The notes under the pieces: model-generated | The model's database searches: none | Seen by the model: only the letters and a program-made list of their open reading frames with translations | What the model was told of the DNA's origin: nothing | From: Cyanidioschyzon merolae | Lineage: Eukaryota | Strand: one strand, 5' to 3' | Assembly: GCA_000091205.1 (NCBI GenBank) | Contig: AP006498.2 | DNA: 64,000 nucleotides | Program-made: the position numbers and the translations under genes | Part shown: one piece after another, positions 31,941 through 42,296 of the stretch | Layout: the number at the start of each line of letters is the position of its first letter | Position numbering within the stretch: position 1 is the first letter of the stretch

Positions 31941-34883
31941 ATGTCTTCTTTGCCAAGCCAGGCAGGTTCTGGTGGTTCTGGAGGCGATCCTGGTGAGAGG
32001 AAACCTTTTCCAGCGTTTTCTTTTGGCGCAGCGAAGCCAGAAGGCGGCTTGATGTCGGCAAACGCTCTAGGCGCGTTGTCAACAGCTGGCTCTGGTGCTT
32101 CCGTTTCATTTGGGTCGGGCTCTGGGACGAGCTCCCAACCTCTGGGCGCGAAGTTTGGTTTCGGTGCTGGGACGGAGTCGAAAGGCGCCGCGGCAGCACC
32201 GTTCCCGGGTACTTTCGGCCAGGCTGCACAAACACCACAGAGCTTCTCTTTCCTGAATCCCGCCAGCGGATCTCTGCAGCAGCAAGCGACAGCACAAAAC
32301 ACTGCCTCTGGAGTAGCGTCGTCGACGCCAGGAACGGGCTTGCCTGGAGGTTTCGGTTTCGGGGCTCGTGCGGAAGCGCCTCCGGCACCAGCCGCCACGG
32401 CTTCCTCCAACGTACCTCGCTTCGAAATTGGAGCAGGTTTCATGAGTTCCGCCCCAGCTGCAGGCCAGGAACGTCCGTTGTCGAGTTTCGGAGCGGCCGG
32501 TTCCGCTGCTGCACCCGGTACAAGTGCTGCGGCTGCGGCTGCTCGGCAGCCGCCACAGCCCTCTGCGACACCGCCCGCGGGTAGTTCCGGGGCGGGGAAC
32601 TGGTTCGCAGCTGGCACCAGTAGCGGTTCCGTCCCTGTAGGCAAGGGTGCAAGTGATGCGCAGCACCCAGGTACAGCTTCAGGCGTTGCAGCACCGACAG
32701 CGCCTTTCAATATCCCTTCGTCTGCAGCGCCGAGCAGTGCAACAGGGACGAGCACGAGCACCTCCACAGCACCCGGCAATGCGGATCGTGCAGGGACTGG
32801 GCCCAATCCAAGCCCTCCTTTCAGCTTCCTGGCGAGGAGTACACAGGACAACGCGAGGGAATCCTCCACGGGCACAGCCCTTTTCGGGAGCAGCAGTACA
32901 TTGAAGAGCGCTCCTGATAATTCCCAGTCTGCTGCCACGGGGCATGAGGGTCGGCAGTCGGAGACTGCTGGTGCCAACAGACCGGCATTTTCGTTTGGCA
33001 GCTCAGTACAGTCTGGGGCGCAGAATCAGCAGAACCAGGGACAAGCCCAGCCGGAGCAGAAACAGCAGCCATTCTCTTTTGGTGCTGCATCTGGTGTCAC
33101 AACTGGAGGCGCACAGCTGCGTTTTGCGCCTCCACTAGATACAAAAGGAGCACCTGCTGCAGCGCCAACGATACCTGGAAGTAGTCAGGCGGCGCCGGGA
33201 ACCGCTCTCGGTGCCTCTCCGAACGCTGCTGGCGGTGCTAGCGGAAACGCCGGAGGTTCGACTGCACCCAGCTCGACGTCGAGTCTGTCTCAGGAGGCAT
33301 CTGGAACAGCCTCTTCGTCTCTTCAATTCGGAATGCAATCTCGGTCTGATTCCTCCGCCCAAGAGAAAGCCACCGCGGCAACGTCGCAACCAGCGGCCCA
33401 GGCGCGACCTCTCGCTGCCTCACCTTTCAGCCTAGCAGGGAGCGGCACAACCAACCAGGATTCAACGAACACGGCGCAGACTAAGCAGCAGACCGAGTCT
33501 CCTTGGGCAACGTCGGCACCGCGAGCGTCTGCGACAGGGATCGTGATATCAAATGGGTCAGATGCCGCGGCACCGAGTCCTGCTCAGGATGTTTCCCAAA
33601 AGCACACAAGTGCAGCTGCGTCTCAGGCGCTCCCCAAGGCCTCAGAGCAAGCGTCTCGAGCGGAACAGGCACTGCCAGTGGGCTCGGCTAATGCCGCAGT
33701 GGCTGGGCATGCAGCTGCGAACCGATCGCTTCCATTCGATTCGACTAGATATGGCGGCTTCGGTTCAACACAGCCAAATGCCGCCGAGACGGGAGCCGGG
33801 AACACCACGCCCGCGTCTCTGCGAACAGCAAATGAGCAACAGCAACAGCAACAGCAACAGCGCGAGAGCACAGATACGCAAGTGAAATCCGAATCTCGTG
33901 ATCTGAAGCAGGCGGGCCCCGTGAATCGTGAGCCGCAGGTCTCTTTATTCACATCGCCGGGTGCAGCAACCGGTACGACGCCCAGTGCTTCAGTAGCAGG
34001 CGCAGGAAATGGTGCTTTCAGGAGTGCCAGCCAAGCAAATGCATCTGCAGGCCGACCTGAAACAAAGCAGCCAACACAGACTGCGGCCAGTGCGGCTGCT
34101 ACCACTCAGCCAACACGTGCCGCCCAGGCCGCTCCGAATTGGGGCCCAGTTCGCATGCCATCCGCCATAGAGGACAAGAACGTTGGCGAGATCACAGTCT
34201 TCTTTCGAGACACGATCAGTCGACTGGTAGAGCAGTTCCATCGTCAGGCACAACAGGTGGCTCGGTTGGACCGACAGGTCATTGAGCAGCAAGAGCGCCT
34301 GGTGCAGCTTTTGCAGGAAACCGAGCACACCGAGTCTCTGATGCAACACATGGAGAAGGAACTCGATTTTATCCTGCAGCAACAGAGTGAGCTCCACAAA
34401 GCTTTGACGACAATCGAAGAACAGGTCCGTGGTACCCTGAGCCTGGCGTCTGCAGGTGAACAAGCCTGGCAAGCAGAGTTTGCCGCGTCACTAGCAGGTG
34501 CGGTCGAGCAGGAGCGCGAAAAATATCATCGAATTGCCGAGCAAGCCAAACAGGAACTGGACCAAGTGTACCAGGTCATTGGTCAGTGCATTCGGGAACT
34601 GAATCACGTCCAAGGAGCTTCGTCTGGAGAGCTCGGGGCGAGCACCAGTTCGGTATCGAACGCGGCAGCTGGAGTCTTTGGTTACCCCGCAGCGTACACG
34701 GACGATGAGCAGGTGCCTCTACTAACGATTCTGAATGTCCATTTGGACACTTTAGAGCTCCTGAGCACACAGAAAAACGATTTAGAGCATCGCATCACGG
34801 AGCTCGAGAAAGTTCTGCACACCATCACAGCGGATCCACGTTTCTCGCTGCCGGCTGCGCGTCCGCAAGCGGCACTCAGGTAA
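31941..34883 (+). CDS. FG-repeat nucleoporin with a C-terminal coiled-coil (Nup62/Nsp1-like)
   Basis: A 980-aa ORF with many SFG/FGFG/FSFG/PFSFG repeats in a Ser/Thr/Ala/Gly/Gln-rich low-complexity region, a (CAACAG)n polyQ run, and an about 250-aa C-terminal heptad-rich region (LVEQFHRQAQQVARLDRQVIEQQERLVQLLQETEH...). Confidence 0.7.
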   Translation: MSSLPSQAGSGGSGGDPGERKPFPAFSFGAAKPEGGLMSANALGALSTAGSGASVSFGSGSGTSSQPLGAKFGFGAGTESKGAAAAPFPGTFGQAAQTPQSFSFLNPASGSLQQQATAQNTASGVASSTPGTGLPGGFGFGARAEAPPAPAATASSNVPRFEIGAGFMSSAPAAGQERPLSSFGAAGSAAAPGTSAAAAAARQPPQPSATPPAGSSGAGNWFAAGTSSGSVPVGKGASDAQHPGTASGVAAPTAPFNIPSSAAPSSATGTSTSTSTAPGNADRAGTGPNPSPPFSFLARSTQDNARESSTGTALFGSSSTLKSAPDNSQSAATGHEGRQSETAGANRPAFSFGSSVQSGAQNQQNQGQAQPEQKQQPFSFGAASGVTTGGAQLRFAPPLDTKGAPAAAPTIPGSSQAAPGTALGASPNAAGGASGNAGGSTAPSSTSSLSQEASGTASSSLQFGMQSRSDSSAQEKATAATSQPAAQARPLAASPFSLAGSGTTNQDSTNTAQTKQQTESPWATSAPRASATGIVISNGSDAAAPSPAQDVSQKHTSAAASQALPKASEQASRAEQALPVGSANAAVAGHAAANRSLPFDSTRYGGFGSTQPNAAETGAGNTTPASLRTANEQQQQQQQQRESTDTQVKSESRDLKQAGPVNREPQVSLFTSPGAATGTTPSASVAGAGNGAFRSASQANASAGRPETKQPTQTAASAAATTQPTRAAQAAPNWGPVRMPSAIEDKNVGEITVFFRDTISRLVEQFHRQAQQVARLDRQVIEQQERLVQLLQETEHTESLMQHMEKELDFILQQQSELHKALTTIEEQVRGTLSLASAGEQAWQAEFAASLAGAVEQEREKYHRIAEQAKQELDQVYQVIGQCIRELNHVQGASSGELGASTSSVSNAAAGVFGYPAAYTDDEQVPLLTILNVHLDTLELLSTQKNDLEHRITELEKVLHTITADPRFSLPAARPQAALR
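33836..33860 (+). repeat. (CAACAG)n repeat encoding polyQ inside the nucleoporin CDS
   Basis: The run caacagcaacagcaacagcaacag translates to EQQQQQQQQRE. Confidence 0.8.
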
Positions 34884-35856
34884 GATCCTCCTCGGCTTGC
34901 CGTAATTGGTTCTTGACTCGAAGCAGCATGCTGGTCTTCCATGGATCCAGACGACTAATCGAGTCATATTCGGAGACAACTTGCGTAAACGCCTCAATAT
35001 CACCCGACGTCACTGCGTCCATGAGGTCCTGGAGGAAGCGCTCCTCACGGGACCCCGCCAGCGACGGATCCCATTGCAGGTAGTTCTGAAGCGCCCGCCG
35101 CGCTCCAACCTCATCCGAGGCGCACAAATGGCACATGGCGGCTCGCATGAGTGTATCCTTCGCATGATATTTGAGGAGAGCGTTCTCGAGGGAGAGTTTG
35201 GCGACCTGCTCGAACGCTTGAATCGCTTGTGCGTAGTCTCCTGCTAGCGCTTTGTACTCCGCAACTTTCACAAGACATGAGTTCGCGTGCGAACGTGCGT
35301 CCTCGCCAAGGTATAGATCGGCAGCCTGTTGGTATGCTTCGGCGACGCGCTCGTCGGCGGCGGCACCACCGGTTGTCTCGTTCGCGATAGACTCGAGGAT
35401 CTCGGCGCGTTCCTTGGCTAAACGCGCGGCCATGCCGAACCGTCCCCGCTCGGTATGGATGCTCATCGCTGACTCGAGCGCAGTCACCGCGGCCGCTGGG
35501 TCGGCTTCCGGTTTTTTCAGACAGTTGGCTGCGTCCACGTACGCGGAGGCCGCCTCGTGTTCGTGGTCTTTGATGTGAGCATAGCAGTCCGCGCAGCGCC
35601 GGTACGCCTCTCCCGCCTGAGTCCACTTTTTAGCAAGTTTAAAGTAGTTTCCTGCCCTTTGGAAGTAGCTGGCTGCCTCTTCGTACTTGGCAGACGCGGA
35701 TGAGAGGCCGAATAGACGTGCGACAGAGCGGGCCGCCGCCTCCGCTGCGGCAAACGTCGACTCACCCGCGTTGAGCAGCACGTATGCCTCGTCGATGCGT
35801 GGGTCACGCTCGCGCGAGCTAACAGGCTTTTTGTCACCGGATCCGAACAGACCCAT
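34876..35856 (-). CDS. Alpha-soluble NSF attachment protein (alpha/gamma-SNAP), a TPR-like protein
   Basis: GLFGS near the N-terminus; SNAP-family TPR helices (YEEAASYFQRAGNYFKLAKKWTQAGEAY, AASAYVDAANCLKK, RFGMAARLAKERAEILE, ADLYLGEDARSHANSCLVKVAEYKALAGDYAQAIQAFEQVA, LLKYHAKDTLMRAAMCHLC). Start is placed at MGLFGS (35856); the ORF is open up to 35955. Confidence 0.8.
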   Translation of the reverse strand: MGLFGSGDKKPVSSRERDPRIDEAYVLLNAGESTFAAAEAAARSVARLFGLSSASAKYEEAASYFQRAGNYFKLAKKWTQAGEAYRRCADCYAHIKDHEHEAASAYVDAANCLKKPEADPAAAVTALESAMSIHTERGRFGMAARLAKERAEILESIANETTGGAAADERVAEAYQQAADLYLGEDARSHANSCLVKVAEYKALAGDYAQAIQAFEQVAKLSLENALLKYHAKDTLMRAAMCHLCASDEVGARRALQNYLQWDPSLAGSREERFLQDLMDAVTSGDIEAFTQVVSEYDSISRLDPWKTSMLLRVKNQLRQAEEDLT

Positions 35857-35977
35857 GAGCGTGCACTGCTCGCACTGGAACGCTGCCCAAAAGCAACCGG
35901 TGTCACAGAGGTACGCAGCGACTAGTGCCGGGCAGCAATGACAGCAAAGGCGCACGCGGCTGTTTCGTCTAGACTTT

Positions 35978-36575
35978 CACCTGAATTGTGTTCCATACCT
36001 GGGTTCGTTTCATCGTATGCTTTTTTTGCGGTTTAGAGCAGGTGTGTTCGAAGTGCGTTTACTTGAAGAAATATAAAACCCATGACATAGGTATGGACTT
36101 GCACGTCAGGGGTCCTGAAGGGCGATCATCGCGGGGGTTCGACCAGAAAACGAAACAATCCTCTCTTTGTCAACCATCGAGCGAAGCAGAGCAAGTGGCA
36201 AAGATGATGGTGATGATGATGATGATGAAGAGCGGAAATCCGTGAGACAAGGTGTCTACCCGACGGGACTGGAACGAGACTGTAGTGGCACGGAGGGAAC
36301 GAGTTCTAGCAATCCTTGCAAGGATGACTCCAAACAACGTCAATGCACGCATGAAGTTCGTGAAGTGATACTCCAACGCCGCTACCAATACGAGACGATG
36401 TCTTGTGTAGTGAAGACGAATTCCGCCGAGCTAACGCAATCCAACTTTGTGGGGCAGCTTCTCAGGCTCGAAGTGTGCCTCGATAAACTGAAAACGATAG
36501 CAGTTGACCGGTCATGAAAGGCTGCAGGCGTCTGCGCATGGGTAGTCATTCACTTTAGTATGTTGCTCAGAGAAG
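35978..36575 (+). mobile_element. Fanzor/TnpB-like element, miniature copy E
   Basis: The 5' end cacctgaattgtgttccatacctggg...gcggtttagagcaggtgtgttcgaagtgcgtttacttgaagaaatataaaac is followed by a retained start (ATGGACTTGCACGTCAGGGGTCCTGAAGGG), a degraded RuvC-III region (CTHEVREV...), and the 3' end ggctgcaggcgtctgcgcatgggtag. Confidence 0.55.
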
Positions 36576-37520
36576 GACATTTGTGTTGCCATGACTTGGC
36601 GCTGGCGATGCGTCAAAGCTGATGATTATGGCGCTAAAGAATCCCGCCAGACGCCGTGCGTCAACAACTGGACCCGTTAGGCGGTAGGTCACCTGCAGGC
36701 GTGTTTTCCAGGGTCCAAGCATCTGCACTCGCACCAGCATGTCAGTGGGTGCAGGCACGCGCCACCCGATCAACGCCTCATAGAGCGGGTGCGCCGGCGG
36801 TAATATCATCTCTAGGAATCGACTGGAAACGGTACAGATGCGTACCGCTCGCAGGGTTACTTCCACGGCGGAACGTCTCCTGAAACGGGTAAGCACGCGG
36901 GTAGAGGGATAGGTGTTCCTTCTCACCAGCGGGTGCCAAGCAAAGGCCTGCGTCGCGCAACTGCGGTGCAATTCACAAACGTTGGCGGAGGGGAAATTCG
37001 CTCCCCAATATTCATCCTATCCGCAAAGTTTCTACAACGGGTCGCAGCACAAAGGCAGGCCTACATACGAAGACTCTCGGATCCCAGGATCACCACGAGA
37101 CGCGACCGCGCTGCAGGTGAACCACACCTCCAGCCGACATCCTCCGTGGCATGACACAGCAGCGCAGACTCCGTGCGACGTCCGCACCGGCAAGGCGGGC
37201 GCTCTGTCAGACGCTCACGGCAGACTCGGTGTGCACAACGGAACGTTCGCATTTACCAGTATCTCCGAGGGGCAGCATGGATTGTGGACGTTGATGTTAG
37301 GCGGCAAAATGGACGCATCCCCGATCACTGGTGTTCCATGACGTAATCAGAGATGCCTGGTCAGCATGAACGTTCTTTCGATCAAAAAAAAATCGCCCCA
37401 GAAACAGCTGCCCTATGGACGCAAACGAGGAAAACCCGCACACCAATCCATATCGCCAGCTTACAATCGCTAACACACATCACGCAAGGTGCTCCATCGG
37501 GCAATGTTGTGCGAATCCGA

Positions 37521-38951
37521 TCACGAGCTGTACCGGAGCTTTTCCTGCGTGATAGGTCCAATTTTCATGTGCCCTAGGGCATGATCGCTCGCGCTTTGCA
37601 CTAGCCGGTATCTGCGCAGGAACTCCGCCACGGTTTCCGCGACCTGTTCTGGTAGATCCTCGTGAACGCTATGTCCAGCTTGCGGCAAGATGACGACTTG
37701 AAATCGCCCCTGCATCTGAGCGATCATAAGCTCTCGATCCAGGTGATCGTGGCCGGCAAGCACAAGAACTTTGGGGGCGGCAACGCTGACAAAGCGCTTC
37801 GACATGCCGGTAAACCAGTCACGCCAGTGGATTTCCGTACATTCCAGCTGCGTACGCCATCGATAATGCTTATTTGGTGTTGATGTGCTCGTCGGCGTTG
37901 GCCCGTCTCCAGCCTCTACCGGTACAAGCTGAGCCGGCACCGAACACCGCGCAGACATGAGATTTCGCACGTGGCCCCCGCAAAAGATATACGAAATGGC
38001 ATCCTCCAGTGAAGTGAATTCTTTGCGCCTCGATGCCAGGAAGCTTTTCATGTAGGGCAAAGCCTGGAGGGCGCTACCCTCGACGACGTCAATTACAATG
38101 AGGCCGCTGAGCTGGGGAATTCTCCCGCTGGCGGCTAGCTGGACGGCAATGGCACCACCCATCGAATGTCCGACGAGCGCGAGCGCCGGGATCCGCTCGC
38201 GGCTTCCGAACAAAGCCTCCAGGACGTCCATGGCATCTTGGACCTGGGTAGCTGTCGACAGGTCCGACTCAGGCTGTACATTGAAGGTTTCTCCATGTCC
38301 ACGGGCATCGTATGCAATGACGCATAGCTCGGTGGCGGGAATTTGCTTTCGTAGAAAATGAACAAAAGCGGCCCATGCGAGTGCACTATGCCCACCGCCG
38401 TGAAGCAGCAACAGTGTTGGAATCGAAGGATCAACCGTAGACCCGCTGATGTAGACACAAAAACCCGGCCCAACGAAACGTTTCTCATCGAAAAATTGAT
38501 CCCACGTGAGCGGTGAATACTCGCTCCCTAGCGGGCAGGTTACACCGGTTGCTGGCCTCGCTGACTTGTGGCGAACGCGATCCCAGAGGTTCAGCGGCCC
38601 GCTCGGGTTCAGGCCAGCGCTGCGAGCAGTACGAGGCCGCGTCTGAGGCCCCATTGTCCCAGGAGACGTCTCTTGTATCGTTGAAGGCAGCGGCTGCGTG
38701 TCGAAGCTTTCAGAGTAGTCAGCCTTGCGATCCTCTCCTTCGTCCCAGGCGGGGAGCAGGTCGCCCTCAGTCGACGGTGAGGCCTCCCGCCCCTGTGAGG
38801 CAGACTCTGTACGCGAACCGCTCTCGCTGCTCTCTAGCACCGGAGTCAGAGGGTACATTGCTACCGCTCCACAAAGCAGGTGCCTGCTCCAGCACAGCGT
38901 CAAGCTTTGCGCTGCCTTCGAGCGCTCTAGCAGAAAGCTCTCATGTATCAA
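37521..38951 (-). CDS. PPME1: Protein phosphatase methylesterase 1 (PP2A methylesterase, alpha/beta hydrolase)
   Basis: PLTWDQFFDEKRFVGPGFCVYISGS...TLLLLHGGGHSALAWAAF, the nucleophile elbow LVGHSMGGAIAVQLAA, IVIDVVEGSALQALPYMKSFLASRRKEFTSLEDAI, and C-terminal LVLAGHDHLDRELMIAQMQGRFQVVILPQAGHSVHEDLPEQVAETVAEFL. Order and spacing match PME-1. Confidence 0.9.
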   Translation of the reverse strand: MIHESFLLERSKAAQSLTLCWSRHLLCGAVAMYPLTPVLESSESGSRTESASQGREASPSTEGDLLPAWDEGEDRKADYSESFDTQPLPSTIQETSPGTMGPQTRPRTARSAGLNPSGPLNLWDRVRHKSARPATGVTCPLGSEYSPLTWDQFFDEKRFVGPGFCVYISGSTVDPSIPTLLLLHGGGHSALAWAAFVHFLRKQIPATELCVIAYDARGHGETFNVQPESDLSTATQVQDAMDVLEALFGSRERIPALALVGHSMGGAIAVQLAASGRIPQLSGLIVIDVVEGSALQALPYMKSFLASRRKEFTSLEDAISYIFCGGHVRNLMSARCSVPAQLVPVEAGDGPTPTSTSTPNKHYRWRTQLECTEIHWRDWFTGMSKRFVSVAAPKVLVLAGHDHLDRELMIAQMQGRFQVVILPQAGHSVHEDLPEQVAETVAEFLRRYRLVQSASDHALGHMKIGPITQEKLRYSS

Positions 38952-39039
38952 GCGCTGGCAATCCGTGCGCAGGAGATTCGGGTTCGCAGCACCGTAATCT
39001 GAAACGAATCACTAGTTGGCAATTCGATAACAATTGATT

Positions 39040-40560
39040 TCCCTCTCTAAGCCCAGCGTTGATCACGGGGAAAAGTTTTCCGTATTTTCGAAGGTTTATC
39101 TTCTGGACGGAGGGAACCGCGAACCGGACGAGTCTGACGGGCTCGTGCTTCATGCTCCGCCCACTGGCGGGTGCAGAGGCGCGACCCGCGCAGCTCGTCC
39201 GCGACGCAGTCTCTTCTGAGACTAGGAGAGGTTACGCTGTATCTGGGCGTCGCCCTGGTCGCGATTGACTCGTAGACTATCGCTTTGCACTGTCGATGGA
39301 AAAACATCTGTCTGTCCAGCTTGCAATCTCCCAGAATGATGATGAATCCCGACCCTGTGTCGTGTGCACCACGCCTCGAGCCGACGCCATCTGTGGTACG
39401 GCAAAGCCCTTCTGCCCCCGTGCTAAGGCTGCATCCGCGCTACCGGCGCTACGGCGGGTGCTCAGGGCCGGCACTTGGCGCACGAAAGAACGCACAAAAC
39501 GACCAGTATATACGAGGAGAGGGAATGGAACTTGCAGGTACGGGGCGGCAGCCTGATGAATGCTTTCCAGAATACCAATGTTTATCTAGGAATCTGGGAT
39601 TGATAGTCAGTGTAAACGTTTTGTCAAACCGAAAAAAAACTGTCCCAGTAGAATGATCATTGCGTTTCACGATAGAAAATACTCCTTCGATGGGCCTGCA
39701 AAACGGGGTGTGCGGAGCAATGCATAGCAGCTCGACCCCGATAGCATCGGCAAAAGCTCGAACGCAACGGGAATAGAGAAATACCTCGTTGTCCAATAGA
39801 AGGACGTCGCCAGAAGTCAGGGGAAAGTCTTCAATCATTCGACAAAGTTGTTGGTGCTGTTGGATGAGGCATATCTACGAAGGAAACTGAGCCCGCCGAA
39901 TGAATCCACTGCAGCTACAACAGCTGTTGATGTCATCGTTCTCTTCGAGTTCGATCGTAAATACAACGGGCGCCCTGCTCCTCTAATACTCACTTACGCT
40001 CTGCCTATATCGTACGAAGCAAGTCTTATCGACTGAAAAAATGAACCGACGTTCCTGGGCTTTGTCTGGGGAGCGACGCTCCGGGAACACTGTCGTTACG
40101 ACTTTAGTGGAAGATGACCGTGCATGAAACCGCAATTATTTGTCCGCAACTGTATTCCAGTGTTTCCAGAATAACACGAACAGGTTGTTGAGAAACAGAG
40201 ACGTCTGTAGCGGCTAGTATCGTGGCTTTCGCTTTCCATAAAGTGATCAACGGTTCGTTCTCTACGATGGACCGCAAGCTGTCTTTACGATGATCGGTTT
40301 CTGGCGCGGAGCGCATCGTATTCTCTTTGTTTCAGTGCTCCTAAACCATCTGAGTACTGTGGTACGTCTAACCTGAAGGGGGAATGAAGCCCTCGATGCC
40401 TTGTTGCGTAAAGAATACGTATCCTACAAGCAATTCGTCTACCATCTATATACGGTACCTTGCATCGTTATTTCCATCGCCTGCTGGACACCGCGGCGAG
40501 GGCGAAACACACATGGGTTGCACCGCTCGTACGGTACGAATGGCAGCTTCTGGAGCCGCT
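39040..40560 (-). mobile_element. Tc1/mariner-like DNA transposon, about 1.5 kb, with a degenerate DDE transposase on the minus strand
   Basis: Minus ORF 39449..39838 ends ...GDVLLLDNEVFLYSRCVRAFADAIGVELLCIAPHTPFCRPIEGVFSIVKRN, the third-catalytic-residue region matching D-N-A--H......-L-LPPYSPDLNPIE of Tc1/mariner/IS630 transposases. Minus ORF 40104..40316 (WKAKATILAATDVS) resembles the first-Asp W..V.FSDES region. The element is contiguous with fragment homologues at 27190-27720 and 1100-2090. Confidence 0.55.
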
Positions 40561-40661
40561 CCAGCGTCCCGGCTGCATACTTGTTTCTGGTAACTCCGTA
40601 TTGCGCGGAACGACCCATTTACTCAAAGATATTTTTGGGTAACATCATGCTCATCCAGTAA

Positions 40662-42296
40662 ATGACACTGGAAGTACTGCCAAAAGCGCAAGACGAGAAA
40701 AGAGTCGGGACCTTGGGTGCTGTCCCAGAGAAAGTCACGAGTCACACGCCCTTGTTGTCGCCGAGAGCGATGCCACCGGGCCACTCGGAAAACTGGGCCT
40801 CCACACTCGTCATTTTCTATGTAATGTTTGTCTCTGAGGCAGCCAGAGGTCTAGTTTTGCCTTCGCAGTGGTCTTACCTCGCTGAAACTCTGAACGGAAC
40901 CGAGACGCAACTTGGAGCACTGGTTTCGAGCTTTTCCTTGGGTCGGCTTTTGGCCACCATACCACTGGGCTATCTGTCGGACACGTGGTCGTCTGGATCT
41001 ATCCTCCTCATATGCTGCATGTTGGCAACCATTGGTAGTGTCGGGTATGCAACGGCGCGCTCCTTTACCTGGCTGCTGTTGACGCGAATCCTCACGGGTG
41101 TTGGCAGCGCGACGGTAAGCGTTTGTCGCGCCCATATTGCTCGAGCAACGAGCGTGCAGGAGCGCACGGCATATTTCTCATATCTTTCAGCGGTTCAGTT
41201 TATCGGCTTCGCGGTGTTACCTATTCTAGGAGTCGCCCTCAGTGCCCTGCCTCAAACGCGTTTTGGGAAGGTCATTCTCGATGAATTCCGTTATCCCGGT
41301 TGGGTACTCGCTTTGTTGAACCTAAGCGCCATTGGCGCGCTCTTCGCCTACTATCGAGACCCGCCGAAACATACCCGCGGAACGATTATGGTTCCATGCA
41401 CAGCTGAGCGCCCGGATATCGAACGCCTCGAGTCTTCCGAGGCCGCAGCTGAAGCGAGCCCGGCCACGAGGTCGGACGCTGAAACAGGGCCAACTGCAGA
41501 CAATGCCATGCACAACGTTTCAGATGCAGCGCAGTCGGCATACTGTGCAGCAGGCCCCGAGGTGCGATCATTGAACAGAGCTGGCGCAGAGCACGCCATG
41601 CTTCACGCTGATCGAATCAAGAATGTAGACGAGTGCCATGAACCGGCGGTGGCATCTAGACGAAGCGGTTCAGGATATGACACGGCTGCTGTAAGCGATC
41701 GCAGCGATCGAGCCGTACTCATCACCTGTTTGCTCATCAATATTTGTTTTCGGGGCGTATGCGCTGTCGTCGAGACGATCATTGCCCCGAATCTTGTCAG
41801 CGGGGAGGGCCTGTCCATCACGAAAACATCATTGAGCATCGGAGTCCTCGGCATCATCGGTCTGTTGGCATACTTGGCTTTGCGGCCCCTGTCTGCATGG
41901 TATGGCGATTACCCACTCGTGGTTGGCGGTCTCGCTATGATGACATTAGGCACGCTGGTTCTGGTGGCCCAGTCGCGCTACACGCTGCCGCTGTGGATCT
42001 ACTTTATCGCGCTGTCCACTATCTGGAGCATCGGCTACCCGATAGGTCAAACAGCCACGCTGAGCCTCTTCAGCAAGGTCTTGACGAACGTACCAACTGG
42101 TGGATTCCTCGGCATCTTCTCGGCGGCAGGAAGCGTCGCGCGTCTGACATTTGCGACGCTCGCAGGTTTCTTAGATGACAAGGCTGGCGCAGGCGGTCCC
42201 TTTGTACTGTCGTCGCTTGTGTGCGTTACGTGTCTAGTGCTGACGATCTTGTACAGGCGCAAGTTTATCGCAGCGTTATATCCCGCTCACGCATGA
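40662..42296 (+). CDS. Major facilitator superfamily (MFS) transporter, about 12 predicted transmembrane segments with a long central loop
   Basis: A 544-aa ORF with two blocks of six hydrophobic segments, an MFS motif-A-like GRLLATIPLGYLSDTWSSG after TM2, a second-half repeat (LAMMTLGTLVLVAQS...), and an acidic/Ser-rich central loop. Confidence 0.7.
   Translation: MTLEVLPKAQDEKRVGTLGAVPEKVTSHTPLLSPRAMPPGHSENWASTLVIFYVMFVSEAARGLVLPSQWSYLAETLNGTETQLGALVSSFSLGRLLATIPLGYLSDTWSSGSILLICCMLATIGSVGYATARSFTWLLLTRILTGVGSATVSVCRAHIARATSVQERTAYFSYLSAVQFIGFAVLPILGVALSALPQTRFGKVILDEFRYPGWVLALLNLSAIGALFAYYRDPPKHTRGTIMVPCTAERPDIERLESSEAAAEASPATRSDAETGPTADNAMHNVSDAAQSAYCAAGPEVRSLNRAGAEHAMLHADRIKNVDECHEPAVASRRSGSGYDTAAVSDRSDRAVLITCLLINICFRGVCAVVETIIAPNLVSGEGLSITKTSLSIGVLGIIGLLAYLALRPLSAWYGDYPLVVGGLAMMTLGTLVLVAQSRYTLPLWIYFIALSTIWSIGYPIGQTATLSLFSKVLTNVPTGGFLGIFSAAGSVARLTFATLAGFLDDKAGAGGPFVLSSLVCVTCLVLTILYRRKFIAALYPAHA

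Noticed and set aside
39040-40560. Terminal inverted repeats for the mariner-like element and for the Fanzor-like family
   Set aside because: Comparing the reverse complement of one end with the other gave only short, weak matches, so no TIR or target-site duplication is claimed. Genome-wide copies are needed.
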